Of a stretch of DNA of 49,301 bases, positions 45,451 to 49,301 are shown in pieces; positions within the stretch are counted from its first letter, which is position 1; every line of letters starts with the position of its first letter. This stretch comes from Myxococcota bacterium (GTDB lineage Bacteria > Myxococcota_C > UBA6777). The stretch covers positions 1 through 49,301 of the forward strand of contig JAKLKB010000051.1 in NCBI GenBank assembly GCA_023150835.1, written 5' to 3'. The notes below the pieces were generated by a model, which was not told the DNA's origin, did no database searches, and saw only the letters and a program-made list of their open reading frames with translations. Made by a program: the position numbers and the translations under genes.

Positions 45451-46485
45451 TCAGGGTTTGTCTTTGCAAAGGAAGGTGACGTAGGTGATCTTTCCGGCTT
45501 CGATGCGAAGGCGGGCGGTGTTGTCGCGGGCGATACTTTCGGCGAGTTCGGGGATGCAGATGGTTTTGGCGTCGACAAGGGCTTCGAGGGTATAGGAGCC
45601 GGGCGCGACGTTGGCATAAAAGCCGTTGATGGAAAAGAAATTGATCGAGAGATGGGGGCCTTTGGCGCTGGTGGTGGACAGCTTGACGTCGGGCTTGGAG
45701 AGTCCGTCTTTTCCGAGGAAGTAGAGCAGGATGCCTTTGTTGGGGTCGAGCGCTTCGCCGATCACGGGTTCGAGAAAGGGCTTGAGGGTGTCTTTGCGGG
45801 GGATTTGAAAGGGGTTGGTGATGCGGCGGTGGCGTTCGATGGCTTCGTGGGTTCCGTAGAAAAAGAAGGGATCGAAGTCGGGGTGTTTGAAGTCCCATCG
45901 AAGCACCGTTGTATCGGGGATCTGCGAGAAGGCGTATTCGCCTTGGGCGTTGGTTTGGATGCAGCTTTCTTGGCAAGTTGCGCCTGTGATGCAGACGTTG
46001 GCCTGTTCGACGGGGATCTGGATGTAGCCTTTGCGGTTTTTCATCTCTAAAAGCAGATCGGTATAGTTGGTTTGGCCCGCACCTTGGCAGGTTCCGCCTG
46101 TCGTGTTGTCGGGGACGATCGGCTCGGAGGGTGGATTTTCGGTGGTGACAGGTCCGTCTGCAAGGATCTCGCTGTTTGTGTTTTCGCCCGTAGGATCGTC
46201 TGGATCGTTGCCGTCAGGTGTTGTTCCGTCGGGCGTTGTTCCATCAGGGCGCGAAAGATCAGGCCCTGTTCCATCGGGTGCTTTTTCGGTGGGGAGTTGT
46301 TCGACGCCGACCAGTTCGATGCCTTGGCGTTCTGTGTCGCCCCCGTCGTTGTCGGCGATGCCGTCTTGGGGTGGACTAGGGCGGCGCAGATCACAGGAAC
46401 ATCCCCATCCACCCGCCACCATGCACCACATCCAAAACACAACCCACGCGATGCGCCCTTTGTTTTTTTGCAAGACTCCGATCAT
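45451..46485 (-). CDS. Putative lipoprotein with PDG linker and carboxypeptidase-regulatory-like beta-sandwich domains
   Basis: Hydrophobic N-terminus ending GWGC; PDGTTPDG linker; PVEQANVC..TNAQGEYAF; NVAPGSYTL. Confidence 0.75.
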   Translation of the reverse strand: MIGVLQKNKGRIAWVVFWMWCMVAGGWGCSCDLRRPSPPQDGIADNDGGDTERQGIELVGVEQLPTEKAPDGTGPDLSRPDGTTPDGTTPDGNDPDDPTGENTNSEILADGPVTTENPPSEPIVPDNTTGGTCQGAGQTNYTDLLLEMKNRKGYIQIPVEQANVCITGATCQESCIQTNAQGEYAFSQIPDTTVLRWDFKHPDFDPFFFYGTHEAIERHRRITNPFQIPRKDTLKPFLEPVIGEALDPNKGILLYFLGKDGLSKPDVKLSTTSAKGPHLSINFFSINGFYANVAPGSYTLEALVDAKTICIPELAESIARDNTARLRIEAGKITYVTFLCKDKP

Positions 46486-46502
46486 GACGACTTCCTTTAG
46501 GA

Positions 46503-46673
46503 TAGGAGTTACGCATTTGGCCAAAAAACCCCGTGTTCGCGCTACTTGAAGCGACAGAGTCGTCTGCGTGAAAAACAGTGATCTGTTCGCCAATACGGGG
46601 TCAAGGGGGCAAAGCTCCCTTGTGGGGTGTGGGGTTCCAACCCCACAAAAACCATCCAACTGCGTAAATCCTA
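46503..46673 (+). mobile_element. Family A MITE-like element, 171 bp (most intact copy)
   Basis: 18-bp terminal inverted repeats TAGGAGTTACGCATTTGG / CCAACTGCGTAAATCCTA (2 mismatches); flanks tagga/tagca. Confidence 0.9.
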
Positions 46674-46682
46674 TAGCACATG

Positions 46683-46737
46683 AAGGCTGTAAAGGGTGGA
46701 AAAATCTAAACAAGGCTGTGAAGGGTGGGAACGTCTA
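46683..46737. repeat. 29-bp imperfect tandem duplication including a stop codon
   Basis: AAGGCTGTRAAGGGTGGRAANNTCTA at 46683 and 46712. Confidence 0.8.
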
Positions 46738-47502
46738 GGGAGTGGGGCGGTAGGGTTCCAAAGCGCGGGCGATGCGGGTGTAGAGATCCGCGAGCCAAGG
46801 AAGGGCAGGGGTTTGGACGGCGGGTTTGGTTTTGTTGCGCAGATCGTAGGGAGCGAAGATCACGCGATTGTTCCAGTACTGGCCGTTTTTGGCGATGATG
46901 TAGAAGACTTCTTCGATGGCCTCGTCGCCGATCGGGACGCAGCCGATCGTGACGGCGTCGCCGTGTATAAAGATCTCGCCGCCGAGATGGGTTCGCTTGT
47001 CAATACGGGCTTTTTGGCGGTCGTAAGCGTTGGGGTAGTTGATCTTGAGCGAGAGATAGAACTGGCTGTTGGGGTGTAGAAAGGTCAGTTTGTAGAGACC
47101 TTCAGGGATTTGGAGATCGCCTTCGCGCAGTTTGGGGCCGATGCGACCCGAAAAGGCGGTGAAGGGGTAGCTGCGGATCTTGTTCCAACGGCTGTCCTGT
47201 TTCTTCCATAGCTCTAGGCGTTGCTCGTGTTTGAAGACCAACAGCGCAAGGGGCTGTCCGTTCGTCCATGAGGCCAGTTTTTTTCCGAAACGTTGACGCA
47301 TCTTCGGTCCGAGGTGACGAACCACCGATTCGACGGTGCGTTTTTGGGTGCGGCCCAAGATCCAACGCATCGTCCAACGTCCCGCAGGATGGGAAAAAAA
47401 AGCCGCGCTCACCAAGATCACAAGCAACGAAGCGATCAACAGAAACTTGAGAGAGAAAACAGCCATCTGTGAGGACGATGGGACGGTGGTTTCGTAAGGC
47501 AT
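46735..47502 (-). CDS. L,D-transpeptidase (YkuD) family protein, YafK/DpaA-like
   Basis: N-terminal TM helix; FKHEQRLELW, GPKLREGDLQIPEGLY, NSQFYLSLKINYPN, GGEIFIHG..VTIGC (His/Cys dyad). Confidence 0.9.
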   Translation of the reverse strand: MPYETTVPSSSQMAVFSLKFLLIASLLVILVSAAFFSHPAGRWTMRWILGRTQKRTVESVVRHLGPKMRQRFGKKLASWTNGQPLALLVFKHEQRLELWKKQDSRWNKIRSYPFTAFSGRIGPKLREGDLQIPEGLYKLTFLHPNSQFYLSLKINYPNAYDRQKARIDKRTHLGGEIFIHGDAVTIGCVPIGDEAIEEVFYIIAKNGQYWNNRVIFAPYDLRNKTKPAVQTPALPWLADLYTRIARALEPYRPTP

Positions 47503-47557
47503 TCTTTTTCTCCGAGGTGTGAGGGAGGATGGGAGATGGGTCGATTTTTTCTCTGAG

Positions 47558-47672
47558 TAGGAGTTACGCAGTGGAAGAGGGAAAGCGTGAAGAATCAACC
47601 CGTTGCAGGGGCGGTTCGCGAACCGCCCGCGCCCGAACATGGGCCTTTTTCGTATCGAACTGCGTAAGTCCT
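47558..47672 (+). mobile_element. Short element with Family A termini but a different, REP-containing interior
   Basis: TAGGAGTTACGCAGT...ACTGCGTAAGTCCT; internal GCAGGGGCGGTTCGCGAACCGCCC (47605-47628); CTCTGAG direct repeat on both sides (47551, 47673). Confidence 0.85.
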
Positions 47673-47742
47673 CTCTGAGGTGCGGGGGACGAGGGGAGAT
47701 GGGTCGACGCCTGAGAAATTATCGCGAAGCAGGGGTGAAATG

Positions 47743-49278
47743 TTAGGGAAGAGGTTGGGAGGGGGGCTGTGTGAGGGCGGCGGGCAGAGGCGGGCTGGAG
47801 AGAGCGCGCAAAAAGGCGATGATGTCGGCTTTTTGGTCTTTGTCGAGTTGAAGGGGCTTCAAGGATTCTTCGCGGTGTCCGACGGGCGGTTTGTCGGGCA
47901 GCTCGTTGTAGAAGTCGAGGACGTCTTCGAGCGTGGCAAAGCGGCCATCGTGCATATAAGGGGCGGTGTTTGCGATCTCCCGAAGTGTGGGCGTCTTGAA
48001 GGCACCCATGATCTCGGTGTTGCTCGCGAGGAATTTGAGCTTGGTGTATTTTTCGGGCGCAGCATCATCAGAGAAGGTGCCAAGAGCGTTGAAGGGGTCT
48101 TTGAGAACTTTGTCGATAGCATCGAAACGACCGATGTCAGGGGATTTTCCAGCGGGGAGATTGAGGCCGATGTTGTGGAACTCGCTGTTGCTGAGATTTT
48201 TTCCAAAGTGGCAGAAGGTGCATTGAGCTTTGCCGATAAAGAGCTTGAGGCCGCGTTGTGCAGCAGGGGAGAGGGCTTTGGTTTTGGCGGGATCTTTTTG
48301 ACGGACGCCTGCGACGAAGGTGTCAAAGGGGCTGGTTTTGCTGATGATCTTGCGTTCAAAGGCTTCGATGGCTTTGGCGATGTTGGTGTAGAAACGGTTG
48401 GCGGCTTCTTGATCGGTGGGGGACATGGCGGCCCATGCTTTTTGATGGGGGTGGTTGGGGTCGTCGGAGACGGGTCTGGCTTGTGATGGGAAGCGTTGAG
48501 GGTCGCTGGTGTCGGGGAGTGGGCCAAAGAGGGCCTCGTAGGCTTTTTTGAGATCCGCTTCTTTGGCGAAGGTATGCAAGAGGCCGACGCGGGTTGCGCC
48601 CATCTCGATGGGGTTTTCAAAGGGCTGCGTGGCTTGCGCCCACAAGGTGTCTGCGCGGCCATCCCAAAAGAACCAACGGTTGTAAGCGGTGTTCCACACG
48701 GTGGGGGCGTTGCGATCGCCTTTGGCGATGGTGTTGGCGGTAGGAAGGCCGTCTCCCCAACCTTTTTGAGGATCATGGCAAGAGGCGCAGGAAAACTTGC
48801 TTTCGGCAGAGAGGCGTTTGTCAAAGAAGAGGAATTGGCCGAAGTGAGCGGCCTTGGGATCTTCGGCGTAGCGGTTGCTTGGCGAAGGAGGGGGCGCACC
48901 GAGGGGCGTGAGCGAGTCAAGGATCTTGTTGTCGGCGTCTGTCAGCGTGATCACAAGGCCCAGATCGACAGGCTTTGGCGGATCGGGTGTGACAGGAGGC
49001 GCACACGCTGAAGCCATCGCCATCGAAAGCACAAACAGCACGCAAGCCCATCGCAGAGTGCCGCGTTGGGTGTGTGGAAAGCCCGTGTGTGGGGGGGGAT
49101 ACGGATGGTTTCTCAAGGCGTCGCTCCTCTCGTCATCGAGTGACAGGCGTTGGATGGTTTTGTGGGGCGCTGCCCCATAGGCGTTAGGTGAAGCGGAGGA
49201 AAGCCCCCCACCCCGCCCTCCCCCGTGAACAGGGGAGGGAGCGAAAGTCGGAAGCATCGGGGATTTTGTTTTTTCATG
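47743..49278 (-). CDS. Di-haem cytochrome c peroxidase/MauG-family lipoprotein
   Basis: GQFLFFDKRLS, CASCH, RNAPT, FWDGRA, EMG, GLKLF..CTFCH, FKTPTLR, TAPYMHDG; start uncertain, true start probably closer to the signal-like segment at ~49060. Confidence 0.9.
   Translation of the reverse strand, partial: HEKTKSPMLPTFAPSPVHGGGRGGGLSSASPNAYGAAPHKTIQRLSLDDERSDALRNHPYPPPHTGFPHTQRGTLRWACVLFVLSMAMASACAPPVTPDPPKPVDLGLVITLTDADNKILDSLTPLGAPPPSPSNRYAEDPKAAHFGQFLFFDKRLSAESKFSCASCHDPQKGWGDGLPTANTIAKGDRNAPTVWNTAYNRWFFWDGRADTLWAQATQPFENPIEMGATRVGLLHTFAKEADLKKAYEALFGPLPDTSDPQRFPSQARPVSDDPNHPHQKAWAAMSPTDQEAANRFYTNIAKAIEAFERKIISKTSPFDTFVAGVRQKDPAKTKALSPAAQRGLKLFIGKAQCTFCHFGKNLSNSEFHNIGLNLPAGKSPDIGRFDAIDKVLKDPFNALGTFSDDAAPEKYTKLKFLASNTEIMGAFKTPTLREIANTAPYMHDGRFATLEDVLDFYNELPDKPPVGHREESLKPLQLDKDQKADIIAFLRALSSPPLPAALTQPPSQPLP
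49158..49243 (-). repeat. Hairpin-rich repeat remnant sharing the Family A terminal hairpin
   Basis: TTTTGTGGGGCGCTGCCCCA matches the reverse complement of TGGGGCTGCGCCCCACAAAA (14841-14860); also CCCTCCCC-GTGAACA-GGGGAGGG hairpin. Confidence 0.5.
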
Positions 49279-49301
49279 ACGCACGCTGTATGCACGAAAT
49301 G

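Noticed and set aside
46486-46713. Upstream extension of ORF 45451-46713
   Set aside because: It is the Family A element read in frame (same PTRELCPLDPV peptide as at ~1670)
1-49301. tRNA, rRNA, transposase, integrase, reverse transcriptase, cas or phage genes
   Set aside because: No diagnostic motifs seen in the sequence or ORF track

Overview
GC-rich (visually ~55-60%) bacterial chromosome segment. Cys-rich lipoproteins, PDG linkers and Pro-rich tails suggest a Myxococcota/deltaproteobacterial organism (inference). Contents in order: (1) thiO-thiS-thiG-thiE-thiF/moeB operon with no visible TPP riboswitch; (2) an ~11.5 kb minus-strand alpha-glucan (starch/glycogen) cluster: secreted glucodextranase-DOMON-like protein, probable outer-membrane beta-barrel, two modular lipoproteins with CBM20-like/'DDGxxGD' and IPT domains, and a lipoprotein GH57 amylopullulanase with a +1 frameshift near its 3' end; (3) metallophosphoesterase, response regulator, DcrB-like protein; (4) a membrane protein with PQPTGGFPGFQG repeats; (5) tatB, an enlarged tatC and a catalytically degenerate MurA paralogue; (6) a bacterial homologue of animal C4orf33/UPF0462, HDAC-family deacetylase, DUF2723/TMEM260-like protein, PPIase, orphan fumarase alpha subunit, Sua5/YrdC, CinA, HerA-like ATPase, transglutaminase-like protein; (7) several secreted proteins, a disrupted higB, a YkuD protein and a di-haem peroxidase. 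Intergenic DNA is crowded with two families of non-autonomous hairpin elements (about 16 copies, no transposase in the window), often bordered by short tandem duplications. The best candidate for an undescribed system is the SusC/SusD-independent surface alpha-glucan cluster. All calls come from motif recognition by eye; no database searches were run, and start codons are best estimates.
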